Source: Rubripirellula sp.
GTDB lineage: Bacteria > Planctomycetota > Planctomycetia > Pirellulales > Pirellulaceae
Assembly (NCBI GenBank): GCA_965216875.1
Contig: OZ244207.1
Location: 4,896,001-4,960,000, forward strand
DNA: 64,000 bases
Direction of reading: 5' to 3'
Of the stretch, positions 20,069-29,977 are shown piece after piece (the stretch's first letter is position 1; every line of letters starts with the position of its first letter). The position numbers were made by a program, and so were the translations under genes. Under the pieces are notes generated by a model. That model saw only the letters and a program-made list of their open reading frames with translations. It was not told where the DNA came from and searched no databases.

Positions 20069-22373
20069 GATTCCAATTCTCATTGCGAATATGCCGAACA
20101 ACTGTCTTGCGAATGTACTTATCAAGATCGACCAGTTCTTCATGTATTCCGATTAGTTTGGTTTTCGACCGCCTGTCAGCACAGGCTTTGACCGCCATCC
20201 GCATATACCCGATCGACGAACGCACAAGGCGGTGTGAATTCAGCGTGAAAAAGCCCTCCGAGTGTGAGCGATTGACACAAAATCGATTTTGATAGGTCTG
20301 CAGCCAATCTCCGTTTCCGCGCCATTGATGTCGAACATACTCGAGCACTCGAATCTCAGTCGTGATCGCGCGACGGATCCAAAGCAACACATCACTTGCC
20401 ATTTCCGGTGTCACGACGCCACGTTCAAAATGAAGGTGATCGCGGTCGGTTGATTCGTCGAAACCAACGTTGTGCTGGAGCAGTTGAGACACGAAATTGA
20501 ACATTACGCCAGTTTGCTCGAGCAGTCGCGACGCGCGGTCAGTGATCAGCACCATGTCTGAGGGCTTTGCTGATGACTTGCCCGAGTGGATCTGCCGAAA
20601 CCTTGTGATTTCCACGAATCCGCTATGGCGCACTTGCCGACCCTGGATCAACGACGTCACATACTCGGTGACATGTTGCTCGGAAAAGCCCAACATCTTG
20701 CATCGATCGCATACCAATTGAAGCTTCGCCTTGCTTCGCCAACGATACTCCAGCGAGTTCCCGCAGGCGTTGTAGATTGCGGTCAGCACGAACTGGGGCA
20801 ACAACATCTCCATGAACTGCGGGTTCACGCTGTCCAAATCAGGATTAAAGAAATACCTGCCATCTCCGTCTTCTTGCCACCCCCCTTCATCAACCCAGGC
20901 AACGGGATTGAAGAGAGTGACGTCGTAGACGCTCGGCATTGAGGCGACTACCGATTGCGACCCAAGCCACCGATAGTAGAGAGATTTGATTGCCGCCCTT
21001 CGCCGGATAGCATTGTTCCTGTCTCCACCGGTTCCGCCGAGTCGGTTCCAATCAAGCCTAAGATCCTCAACCACGTATTCCACAAAGTTAGCAATCGACG
21101 CAAGCATGTCGCGACGATTTCCATTGGCGAGCATCTGGGCGTCACGATTGACCGATTTGATCTGTCGAATCTCATGACAGGCGTTCGCGACCGTACGAAC
21201 GTCCTGAGGATCAACACCAGGAATCTGCTTGCCCTCAGCGAGGCTCGCTAGAAAATTTAGGCGTAGTTGATGGATCCGATCATCAAATGCCTCGCGGTTT
21301 CGAAGCACTTCCGAATCAGCAAATTCGTCATCGGCGATATCCTCCTCGTCGATGAATCGCCCCCTTTCAAGGCGAGCAAACTCTTCGATTGTCTCGCTGG
21401 CAACCTCGCCTGGGTCAAGCGAAAGCTTCATTGCTACAGATGCGAATTCTCCAAACAGCGGCGGCTCGTCAGCGCCAGATTCAGCATCGCCAATAACGTT
21501 GCGTGGCAGAAACGCATCTTCGTTTTCCGGTCTGAGGCACATTAAGAAAAGCACCGCCGAACTTAGAGTCTGTGACTCCGTGCTCATCCAGTGTTTGATT
21601 CCTTCACGTACGCGGATATCTTCGACACTATCGAGGTTATCAAACAGAACGACTACGCGACGTCGTGGTTTATCGTTCCTTAGTCGATTGAATTCGGTGA
21701 TCGCATACAGCTTTTCTGTGATTGACAGATGCTGCCCCAATTCGAGCATAAGGTCGACGACTCTAGGATCATGATCGTTCGACGACGGACTACCAACCGA
21801 TGCGAGCCAATCAACCAGCCCGACCTCCGTACCGCGCTGTGCGATCTTCCAGCGATCACGTATTTGACTCGCGATCCGTGTCGCTTCACCGGGAGTCAGT
21901 GCTGTCACGTTGTCGTCGGCGAGGAAGATCATCGCCATGTCAAACGCCGTCAGCGCAGAATCATTTACGAACCGGTAGATCTCCTTCTCCAACATGTTGC
22001 GTAGCCAGCGATCCAACAACTCAGGATCGTGTTCGTGGCAATCATGCGCCTTAAAATCAACCACTATGAATGGCAGATCATATTCTTGTGAGTATGCACG
22101 CAATACTTTGTATGCAATAGTCGTTTTGCCAACACCTACCGAGCCGATTAGCCAAGTCGACATCGCGTTGCTTTCTATGATCCGCCGAATCCTCTTCTCG
22201 TCATCTGGTCGGCTCACATAGAGCTTATTGAAGAACTTCTCGATATCCAAACCACAATCGTAGGCGTAGCCAGATAGCGGCCCGTTCTCAGTTGCATCAA
22301 CGCCGAAAGTCGCGACAAACGCGTAAGCACCAAATGCTTCCTTCAAACGATCCGTCGTTGTCTTCCCTGTCAT
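20034..22373 (-). CDS. Orphan P-loop NTPase (AAA+/STAND-like), about 780 aa
   Basis: Walker A GSVGVGKT, Walker B VVVLFDNLD, LFLMCLR, ANGNRRDML; start ATG 22373 (alternative 22424). Confidence 0.7.
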   Translation of the reverse strand: MTGKTTTDRLKEAFGAYAFVATFGVDATENGPLSGYAYDCGLDIEKFFNKLYVSRPDDEKRIRRIIESNAMSTWLIGSVGVGKTTIAYKVLRAYSQEYDLPFIVVDFKAHDCHEHDPELLDRWLRNMLEKEIYRFVNDSALTAFDMAMIFLADDNVTALTPGEATRIASQIRDRWKIAQRGTEVGLVDWLASVGSPSSNDHDPRVVDLMLELGQHLSITEKLYAITEFNRLRNDKPRRRVVVLFDNLDSVEDIRVREGIKHWMSTESQTLSSAVLFLMCLRPENEDAFLPRNVIGDAESGADEPPLFGEFASVAMKLSLDPGEVASETIEEFARLERGRFIDEEDIADDEFADSEVLRNREAFDDRIHQLRLNFLASLAEGKQIPGVDPQDVRTVANACHEIRQIKSVNRDAQMLANGNRRDMLASIANFVEYVVEDLRLDWNRLGGTGGDRNNAIRRRAAIKSLYYRWLGSQSVVASMPSVYDVTLFNPVAWVDEGGWQEDGDGRYFFNPDLDSVNPQFMEMLLPQFVLTAIYNACGNSLEYRWRSKAKLQLVCDRCKMLGFSEQHVTEYVTSLIQGRQVRHSGFVEITRFRQIHSGKSSAKPSDMVLITDRASRLLEQTGVMFNFVSQLLQHNVGFDESTDRDHLHFERGVVTPEMASDVLLWIRRAITTEIRVLEYVRHQWRGNGDWLQTYQNRFCVNRSHSEGFFTLNSHRLVRSSIGYMRMAVKACADRRSKTKLIGIHEELVDLDKYIRKTVVRHIRNENWNLIPRDRPAGIR

Positions 22374-22674
22374 AGAAACAATGCCCGTCTTTTTGCGTGA
22401 AACGTTTAGAGCAGATTCCGTCAAAGATATCGCGTTATGTTTTCGGAATCTTATGTGTTAGATGACCGGTGAGCAAAAGCATGTGGCTCAAGAGCTGCGA
22501 CGTGTTCACCATATCGGCGGTTGAACTTCTCGGAAAAACGTGGCGTGATTCTGCGACTCACCTCCTTTTCTGCTCGATGAATCGAGCCCAACGATTTCTT
22601 TTTTCGATCACGTAGACACATTCGCGTTACCAACACGCGACCAATGAACAAAAGTCCACAGACGGCCTCGGTAT

Positions 22675-22732
22675 CTGTGACTTTTTCACAGTTTATGATT
22701 GACACCAGCCGCGATGTGTGAAAAAACCACAG
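22675..22732. promoter_or_regulatory. Probable BlaI-type operator pair flanking a TTGACA -35
   Basis: CTGTGA-N5-TCACAG (22675-22691) and GTGTGA-N5-CCACAG (22716-22732), with TTGACA at 22699. Confidence 0.55.
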
Positions 22733-22756
22733 TTGCTTCCACTCCAGAGACCTGTG

Positions 22757-23116
22757 ATGCAACTCAAAGAAAACGAACTTGAAGTGCTGCGACTGCTGTG
22801 GCGCAAGTCGCCGCTGAAGCCGAGCGAAATCCAAGATTCCTTTGGCTGGGAAATCGACAACGGAACCCTGCGAAGCGTGCTCGTCGCGATGGTCGACGAC
22901 GGCTTGCTGCGACGACGCAAGGAGGGCAAGGCGTTTGTCTATTCGGTTCGCGTTCGTCGCGAGACACTCCTCAAACGCATGGTCGGGCGGATCGCCGAAG
23001 TCTTCTCCGAAGGGTCGACAGGGAAACTGCTCATGGAACTGGCCAGCCAAGAGCACCTCTCTGCGGATGAGATTGCCGAACTGCAACAAATTGCAACCGA
23101 ATCGGAGGACGAATGA
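22757..23116 (+). CDS. BlaI/MecI/CopY family repressor
   Basis: LKENELEVLRLLW...TLRSVL..MVDDGLLRRRKEGKAFVY; ATGA overlap with M56 gene. Confidence 0.92.
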   Translation: MQLKENELEVLRLLWRKSPLKPSEIQDSFGWEIDNGTLRSVLVAMVDDGLLRRRKEGKAFVYSVRVRRETLLKRMVGRIAEVFSEGSTGKLLMELASQEHLSADEIAELQQIATESEDE

Positions 23117-26100
23117 TGCTCGAGTCTTTCAACGCAATCGACTGGCTGCCGATTCTGTTTCGGATTACAGCCTTGCTTGCCGCCGGATGGATGGGATTGA
23201 TCATTCTCCGAAAGCGTCAACCAGCTGCCGCGATCACGATAGCGCGCGTCATGTTGATGGTCGTCTGGATCATGACGCCCGTCCTGGCGTTTGGCTGGCT
23301 GATTCCCGTGCCTGTGGTTGCCTTACGCGCGCCCGCAACATCCGCGCCGACTCCACAGCCAATTGCCGAGCCTGTTCCATCGCAACGACCATCACCACCG
23401 AGCACACTGAAACCGGAAGCTACCGACGCTGCCTCGATCAATGCGGTGCAAACGCCAATGGTCAGCCCAACGCCGCCTTCCGTATCGATGGAAGCCAAAC
23501 TCGCTCCGCTACAGGTGTCTCCGTCGCTCGAGCCCGACAACGGACCACCAACGCTAGGAGTAGCGTCCCGCCCATTTCCCGCGGCTCAACTGCTGGGGCT
23601 CACTTGGGTCTTGATCAGCAGCATCTTGTTGTTGCGGATGGTGATCGGGCAAGCACGAACGCGGCGATTGGTTGCAGGTGCAAATGACGTTGACGACGAC
23701 GTCTGTGAACTCGCCGGGTCGTTGCTGGACGAAAAATACACTCGACCACGCATGATGTTCTCCCAATCGGTTGCCGGACCGTGCACGGCAGGTTTCTTTC
23801 GCCCCACCATCTTGTTGCCTCGTGAATGGTTTTCGCAACTCACACAGGAACAACAACGGATGGTGCTCGCCCACGAACTCTCACATGCCATCGGCGCCGA
23901 CGCGCGATGGGACGTGGTTGCCCAGATCACTCGGTCCGTCTTTTGGTTCCATCCGCTGCTACTGGGAATCGTCCGCTCACACCGCTTGGCGTGCGAACAT
24001 CGTTGTGATCATGCCGCATCGCGGCAATGCGACCAGCCGCAAGACTACCGCCGCCAACTCGCCGCTTGGGCTTTAGATTTTCATCAGGGCACAAGACATC
24101 CCTCCAACGCGCTCGCGATGGCGGAACGTTCCTTGATGATCCGACGTCTGCGGTGGCTTAAGCAGACGCGGGGCAACACGCCGCTCACGAAACCCCGAAA
24201 AGCAGCACTTGCGTTGTCAATCATTGCAGCCGTCACCGTGGGACTCGTCGCGCCGACCTATGTTGCCTCGGCGAGCCCCGATGATCCGCCGAAAACGAAA
24301 CAGGAAGGAACGACCGACAAGGAAGAACCGGCCACAAAGTTCTTCCCAATCGTCTGGGGCGAGGCCCCGCTCAAGGTCGACCTGAAGGTGGCCGTCGACT
24401 TGAAGGTCAAGGTTGTCGATCAACAAAACGTTCCGGTAAAAGACGCCGAAGTCTTCTTGAGTATTGTCCGCGATAGCGCCGGAACGAGTGCATCGATGCC
24501 AATGACGTCGGGTTACCTTTCGGATGCCGATGGAATCGCTCGCGTCAAAATCCCGAAAGGGAGCGCACGGGTCAGTCTCTCAACCAAAGCCGAGGGATTC
24601 GCCAAACACAGCGGTGACTTCAGTCCGGGCGGGGCCGCCGAGATTCGACTACAGCGTGGACGCATCATCAAAGTCCGATCCGTTGATGAAGACGGCAAAC
24701 TGCTCGAGGACGCGTTCCCGATCCTGCAGAGTTCCAACATCATGGGGCGTGAATTCGTCAAACAAGACGACGGCAGCCATCATTCGCCCGTTGTCAAAGA
24801 CGAACGCACGCTGATGCAGGTCGCCGCTTCGGTACCCGATCGACCGATGTTGTTTAGTGGCTTGATCGATACTTCCGATCCTTCGCTTGCTGGCGAGGAT
24901 GACGTGATCGAATTGACCCTCAAACCAGGCGTCAAAATCGAGGGCGAACTGGACGAGAGCGTTCCGCGCCCCATCAAAGGGGGCTTTGTGGAATTGCTTG
25001 TTGTCGAAGGCAAGGACCAGAAGATTGAACGCCGTGGCATCCAGTGGCAAGACACCGTTCCCATTCGCCCCGACGGCCGGTTCGTCTTTCCTTCGGTCCC
25101 GCCGGGAGGCCACGCTCAGTTGTTCGTGCTTGGCGATGGATTTCAATCCACCAATCCAACCGAGCAAGAACTTCGCGACTATTTCAAAGAGCATGATGCG
25201 GGCGGCGAGGCGATGATTACCGGAGCGCTCAATCGGCCCGACATCTTGCCTCGATTGGTTCGGCTCACTCCCAACGATGGCGAAAACACCGTTCGCGTCA
25301 AATTGCCTTGTCGCGAAACGGCAAGCTTGGATGTTCGTGTGATCGATCCAGCGGGAAATCCGATTGCGGGCGCGGTCGGTTCCATGAATCCGAACGGCTA
25401 CTTCCTTTCCGGCGAACTCTTCATTCCTGGCACCGAATACTCAACCAGGCAAATGGTTAGTGGCAGTAATGCGTTCATGATGGTCGCAGGGCTTGTCGGA
25501 AACTCACCTCGCGATTTCGTGACCAAGAGTTTCTTGCAAGTGAAATCGGATGAAAAGGGAATCGTTCGTTTTCGCAATATCCCGTCACGACGCGACTCGT
25601 ACGAAATCGAAGCCGACGGTTACGTCATGGCTGCGCATCCAACGTCTTCGATCGACGATCCAGGACGGTACGCCCTGATCCAATTGGCCGATGGCGAACA
25701 AGCAACGCGCACCATCACCATGGAACGCGACCTGCCACGAAAATTCCGCGAAGTGACTGTGGTCTATCACGATGGACGGCCGCTAGACGACACCGAAGTC
25801 ACGGTCACCGAAATCACGACCAGCGACAACAACTCGGATTGGCAACAATGGTCGGTTCAACGTCTCGGCCCGCTTAGCAAAGGCAAGACCGACGAAAACG
25901 GTCGAATCGTCCTTTCGTATCCGGAAAAGCTCGAAGGCCAGCCCGTCAATGCACTCCGACTGCACCTGCGAGGACATCCAGAGCGAGACGTTTCGTATCG
26001 CACTTATGTTTCGATTCCAGCGGAATCAGATTCGCGCGTCGTGAAGATTCAACCCGCCAAGGCGCCGCGTTCTCCTGGAGCGTTGCGAATCGCCAGCGCG

Positions 26101-27279
26101 GTCTACGAAGCACTCAAGAGTGATGCGCCACCCTCGGAGCTCCTTAAAAGACTGACAAAAAAGCCGAGTGTCGTCGGGCTGCAGGAACTTCTCAATCTGA
26201 ATGAGTACGATGCCGCGACGGTGCTTGAACTCAAGGCCGAACGCAACATTGTACGGATGGAGGAGTCGGCGGCGGTCGAAGCGATCGAGACGTCGGATGG
26301 AAACCGAACGGTCGTTCTAGCTTCGGTTCGCCCCAAGGGTGCGACTTGGATCGATCGACCTGAATTGCGTTTCCCGCCGGAGGTTGGTTTCATCTTTGAT
26401 GAGGACGGAAAACTGGTATCGGTCGTCGGCGGGAACAAATCGGCATCCGGCGACCTGGAAGACATCATGTTGACGGACCTTGGAGGCACACGTGATTACT
26501 TTTTGGTTTCTACGGCATTCGAATCGCATCCGCCCTACAAGTACTACAGCAAGTGGTATCACATCGGGTCGGAATCCAAACCGGCGCTGACGGTTCATCA
26601 CTTTGCGAATTCGCGAGCGTGGTCGGGACGTAACGGCCGGAGCGTTCCACGATCGGAATTCGGGTACATGGAATACGAATTCAACGGCCGCGATATCGAT
26701 CACCAATTGCCGGGCACCATGCCCAACGGTGTCGATGTCCCGCGCAAAATCATGTGGGACCGCGCTCGCCAAACCTTTGTGGGGGCGACGACCCAGGCGT
26801 TCAACGGAGAATCGCTCTACAGGGTTGTCGAAGCAGAGTCGTCTGAATTTGAAGGGATTGCCCCCGAAAAGAATTCGATCATTTCGATGGGTGGGCGACG
26901 TGATTTCGACAACTGGCATCATTGGCTTGTCATGATTCCCGACGACAAGCAATACGCGCTTCGCCTTTTCATTCGAGAGGACTCTGGCGAAATCATTCGG
27001 GAATTTGATGAGCGTGACATTTCAGCGGGCATGCATAGCCTGCAACTGCATTTCGCCGACACTCAAAACGACAAAGTTAGCAAGCTGAAGATCACCGTCG
27101 ATGTTGCGGCCAACAAGAAGACGGACGAGCATTTGTCGTCCCATATTCCCGTCGATGCTTCGCCAACGGTGAAAGGGCAGGGTGTTGTCGCGATTGCCGA
27201 AGGAACGTTGCGACTGTTTGACAAGAAGCTCGATTACGAACAGCAATCGTTGGTTTGGATGGTGGAAGCGAAGAAGTAG
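23113..27279 (+). CDS. BlaR1-like M56 metallopeptidase with large periplasmic beta-sandwich (carboxypeptidase-regulatory-like) region
   Basis: PTILLP, HELSH zinc motif, FWFHPL, CEHRCD; repeated VVD..G.PV..A.V and SD.DG motifs. Confidence 0.9.
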   Translation: MMLESFNAIDWLPILFRITALLAAGWMGLIILRKRQPAAAITIARVMLMVVWIMTPVLAFGWLIPVPVVALRAPATSAPTPQPIAEPVPSQRPSPPSTLKPEATDAASINAVQTPMVSPTPPSVSMEAKLAPLQVSPSLEPDNGPPTLGVASRPFPAAQLLGLTWVLISSILLLRMVIGQARTRRLVAGANDVDDDVCELAGSLLDEKYTRPRMMFSQSVAGPCTAGFFRPTILLPREWFSQLTQEQQRMVLAHELSHAIGADARWDVVAQITRSVFWFHPLLLGIVRSHRLACEHRCDHAASRQCDQPQDYRRQLAAWALDFHQGTRHPSNALAMAERSLMIRRLRWLKQTRGNTPLTKPRKAALALSIIAAVTVGLVAPTYVASASPDDPPKTKQEGTTDKEEPATKFFPIVWGEAPLKVDLKVAVDLKVKVVDQQNVPVKDAEVFLSIVRDSAGTSASMPMTSGYLSDADGIARVKIPKGSARVSLSTKAEGFAKHSGDFSPGGAAEIRLQRGRIIKVRSVDEDGKLLEDAFPILQSSNIMGREFVKQDDGSHHSPVVKDERTLMQVAASVPDRPMLFSGLIDTSDPSLAGEDDVIELTLKPGVKIEGELDESVPRPIKGGFVELLVVEGKDQKIERRGIQWQDTVPIRPDGRFVFPSVPPGGHAQLFVLGDGFQSTNPTEQELRDYFKEHDAGGEAMITGALNRPDILPRLVRLTPNDGENTVRVKLPCRETASLDVRVIDPAGNPIAGAVGSMNPNGYFLSGELFIPGTEYSTRQMVSGSNAFMMVAGLVGNSPRDFVTKSFLQVKSDEKGIVRFRNIPSRRDSYEIEADGYVMAAHPTSSIDDPGRYALIQLADGEQATRTITMERDLPRKFREVTVVYHDGRPLDDTEVTVTEITTSDNNSDWQQWSVQRLGPLSKGKTDENGRIVLSYPEKLEGQPVNALRLHLRGHPERDVSYRTYVSIPAESDSRVVKIQPAKAPRSPGALRIASAVYEALKSDAPPSELLKRLTKKPSVVGLQELLNLNEYDAATVLELKAERNIVRMEESAAVEAIETSDGNRTVVLASVRPKGATWIDRPELRFPPEVGFIFDEDGKLVSVVGGNKSASGDLEDIMLTDLGGTRDYFLVSTAFESHPPYKYYSKWYHIGSESKPALTVHHFANSRAWSGRNGRSVPRSEFGYMEYEFNGRDIDHQLPGTMPNGVDVPRKIMWDRARQTFVGATTQAFNGESLYRVVEAESSEFEGIAPEKNSIISMGGRRDFDNWHHWLVMIPDDKQYALRLFIREDSGEIIREFDERDISAGMHSLQLHFADTQNDKVSKLKITVDVAANKKTDEHLSSHIPVDASPTVKGQGVVAIAEGTLRLFDKKLDYEQQSLVWMVEAKK

Positions 27280-27424
27280 GTCATGCTCCGCATGACACAT
27301 TTCTATCTTCGTGATCGCCCGTGAGCCGTACGCGCTAGCGTCGGGCCTTATCACTCCCTTAAGTCTCGCAAAACCCGACGCTAGCGCGTTCGGCTCAGGA
27401 CTTGTCATGCACAGCATGACCTAC
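27276..27424. repeat. Nested REP-like inverted pairs
   Basis: GTAGGTCATGCTCCGCATGAC ... GTCATGCACAGCATGACCTAC enclosing GTGAGCCGTACGCGCTAGCGTCGGG ... CCCGACGCTAGCGCGTTCGGCTCA. Confidence 0.85.
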
Positions 27425-27465
27425 AAAAAAAATCGCTCTCACGTGCGATTCACGCGAGAGCGATT
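27425..27465 (-). terminator. Intrinsic terminator of the ECF sigma gene
   Basis: Minus strand AATCGCTCTCGCGTG-AATCG-CACGTGAGAGCGATT followed by a T run, directly after the stop. Confidence 0.8.
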
Positions 27466-27467
27466 CG

Positions 27468-28049
27468 TTAGACGGCTTGCGTCATGTCCATTTCCTTGGC
27501 CAGTCGCTTACGAGCAACGTGCAAACGTCGCTTGATCGTACCGACAGGAGCGTCGAATTCGTCGCTCATTTCGACCAACGTCTTGCTGTGCAAGTAGAAC
27601 GCCTTGAGCGTTTGCTGGTCGAGTGCACCGAGTCGATCGATGCTATCGCGGATCGCAGCGGCTTGCTCTCGATCCTCGGCAACCGTCTCCGGGTTACCCT
27701 CAGCCAGGCAAGTTGCCTCGAGGGTTTCCGGATCGCATGCCAACGCGTTTCGCGTTCGGGTCATGCGGTTGATTGCCATGCGATGAACGATTCGTCGCAA
27801 CCAACCACCGAATGCCTCAGGAACTCGAAGCTGGTCAATCTTCTGCATCGCTTGGATGAAGACGTCTTGAGCCAGTTCTTCGGCTTCGTCAGCGTTTCGG
27901 ACGCGTCGCATTGCCAGTGCAACGATGCTTGGTCGGTATCGCTCGAACAGTTCGCCAAAAGCTTCTTGGTTTCCAGCTTGTGCAGCTCGAACCAATTCAG
28001 CAACGGTCAAAGATTCGAAGTTCAGGATGTTGTTTTCGGTGAAGTTCAT
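27468..28049 (-). CDS. ECF RNA polymerase sigma factor
   Basis: AQAGNQEAFGELFERY, AEELAQDVF, FGGWLRRI, PVGTIKRRLHVARKRL; start moved to ATG 28049 (GAGGA SD). Confidence 0.92.
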   Translation of the reverse strand: MNFTENNILNFESLTVAELVRAAQAGNQEAFGELFERYRPSIVALAMRRVRNADEAEELAQDVFIQAMQKIDQLRVPEAFGGWLRRIVHRMAINRMTRTRNALACDPETLEATCLAEGNPETVAEDREQAAAIRDSIDRLGALDQQTLKAFYLHSKTLVEMSDEFDAPVGTIKRRLHVARKRLAKEMDMTQAV

Positions 28050-28433
28050 TTTTCGGTTCCTCTTCGTTTGAGGTCCAACCTGAAATCGCATCTCCGTGCG
28101 TCTCTGTTCAGATTGGTATGACCGCTGCGTGACACTTTCGGTCGCGCGATCAATGGTTTTTGTTTCGTGAGATTCAGGTCTTTGGGTTGGCTTGCAACAG
28201 ACCCCGCGAAGGGGAAACCACATAAGGAACCACGAAGGGTTACTTGGGTTGGGTGCAGGCCAAAATCAACGAGTCGCGAAAAACTTGGCAAACGTATGCA
28301 TCAACACATGCAAAGTTGATGCTGGGCTTGCAGTCACGCGGGTCGTCAGCTTTACCGGTCGATGCTCTCGTTCTGCTCAGCCAATTTTTTGGCTTCGCTC
28401 GGGAGCGGCTCGACCGTGGGAGTCACTAAGGCT

Positions 28434-28709
28434 TTATGAACTAGTGAGTCCCGCTGGCGTGCCAGCGGTCACCATTGCGAGTGGTGACGGCTTGCTTCTG
28501 CCGCGTTTACAGCCGGGCCCTGGATTACTTGGACCCGCATCACTTAATGACAGCAGGGCTGAATCCGGATAGCTCGACATTCCCAGAGACGTCCGTAGCT
28601 GCCAACAATGGAGGTGCATTGCGGTGGCGAACGACTCGACGACCTTAATCTCACGTGCGACGGCAACTGCCAAACGTGCGACGGTAGCGATTGTTTGTTC
28701 GATACGCAT
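28434..28709 (-). CDS. Small protein or leader ORF upstream of ECF sigma (91 aa)
   Basis: GGGAGG SD 5 nt before ATG 28709; MRIEQTIATVARLAVAV...AGTPAGLTSS; no recognised family. Confidence 0.45.
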   Translation of the reverse strand: MRIEQTIATVARLAVAVAREIKVVESFATAMHLHCWQLRTSLGMSSYPDSALLSLSDAGPSNPGPGCKRGRSKPSPLAMVTAGTPAGLTSS

Positions 28710-29030
28710 TTCAACCTCCCGGGCGCCTTCAAAAGCGACGCAGCTACGGGTGTAAGAAAAAACCAAAAATTGAACTGGGACACGTGACCGGCCAACGAAT
28801 GGGCAAGTCAGGTGTCTACTCTCCGCTTCAAAGGTATACCAGAAGCGGCCATGAGGCCAGTGAAAACACCCACCTCATGGGTTATTGATCGTATAGACGG
28901 TCTCGATAATCCAAGGTTCGCCGAGATTTAGGTTTTATTTGCAAATATTCCCTGACCACGCCCAAAATGAGCCTCACCGCACCCGGGCAATGGTGCGTTT
29001 TCGCGGCAAAACAGGCAGGGTTTTAGCGAA

Positions 29031-29822
29031 ATGCCTTCAAAGACAGTTCTTTTTCTAGGCGACCAGGGGCTGATGGTTTGTCAGTCCTTGGCCGACCTTT
29101 TGTTTCCACCGGTCTGTTGCCTGTGCAACGAACCGGTCGCCGAGCCGGGCTTTTGCGTCCCCTGTTTGACCCGGCTGACTCTTAGCCAAACTCAGATGGA
29201 ATCCGCCTGCCGACGGTGCGGAATCCCTCGGCCGGTCGCCGCTGGGGTCGATCCGAACGCCAGTCCAAGGTGCGTCCATTGTCGTGACAAGGACTATCAG
29301 TTTGATGAGGTGATTCCTCTGTGGTCTTACCAGGATTCGGTTTGCGACGCGGTGGTGGCGGCCAAATTCGCAAGCCGGGCATCCCTGGGCGACGAGCTTG
29401 GCAGGCGGCTGGCCGAGCGTGTGAGGATGCGACTTGGCAAGGAATCCCCCGATGTCGTCACCTACATCCCGAGTCATTTCACTCGCCAGATCCACCGAGG
29501 GGGTTCGGGCAACCAGGTGATCGCGACGCGTCTGGCGAGAGTGTTGGGAAGCCGATGTTTGTCAGCGCTGCGACTGACGCGGCGAATCGCCAAGCAGGCC
29601 TGGCTCGATGACCAGCAACGTCTCGAAAATGTACGCGGTGCGTTTTCGCTTAAAAAGAGCTATGCTTTGCTGAGACCACAAAGAATCGCCAACCAGCACA
29701 TCTTGCTGGTTGATGACGTTCTAACGACAGGAGCGACCGCAAACGAGGTGGCTCGTGTACTTCGGGAAAATGGCGCCCGACGTGTGACTTTGGCGGTAGT
29801 TGCCAGAGCGTTGCGTTCGTGA
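29031..29822 (+). CDS. comF: ComF family protein (double zinc ribbon + phosphoribosyltransferase)
   Basis: LLFPPVCCLC, CVPC, CRRC, CVHC; ILLVDDVLTTGAT. Confidence 0.88.
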   Translation: MPSKTVLFLGDQGLMVCQSLADLLFPPVCCLCNEPVAEPGFCVPCLTRLTLSQTQMESACRRCGIPRPVAAGVDPNASPRCVHCRDKDYQFDEVIPLWSYQDSVCDAVVAAKFASRASLGDELGRRLAERVRMRLGKESPDVVTYIPSHFTRQIHRGGSGNQVIATRLARVLGSRCLSALRLTRRIAKQAWLDDQQRLENVRGAFSLKKSYALLRPQRIANQHILLVDDVLTTGATANEVARVLRENGARRVTLAVVARALRS

Positions 29823-29977
29823 CGGTCTTTTGCATTCGGCACATGCTGGCCGGAAACCATTTTGACGGTCGTTGCGTCTGTATCAAATGCAGAAGCTGAA
29901 ACGGTCAGGCCAAGTGTGGTGTTCCAGAAAGGTTGAGGCTGTGTCGCGTCGTTGCGCGTCCGAATTCGATAGATACG

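Noticed and set aside
22451..23687. ORFs 22451..23089 (-) and 22842..23687 (+)
   Set aside because: They overlap blaI/blaR1 in other frames and have no family motifs; only the distal basic part is kept as a weak small-ORF candidate.
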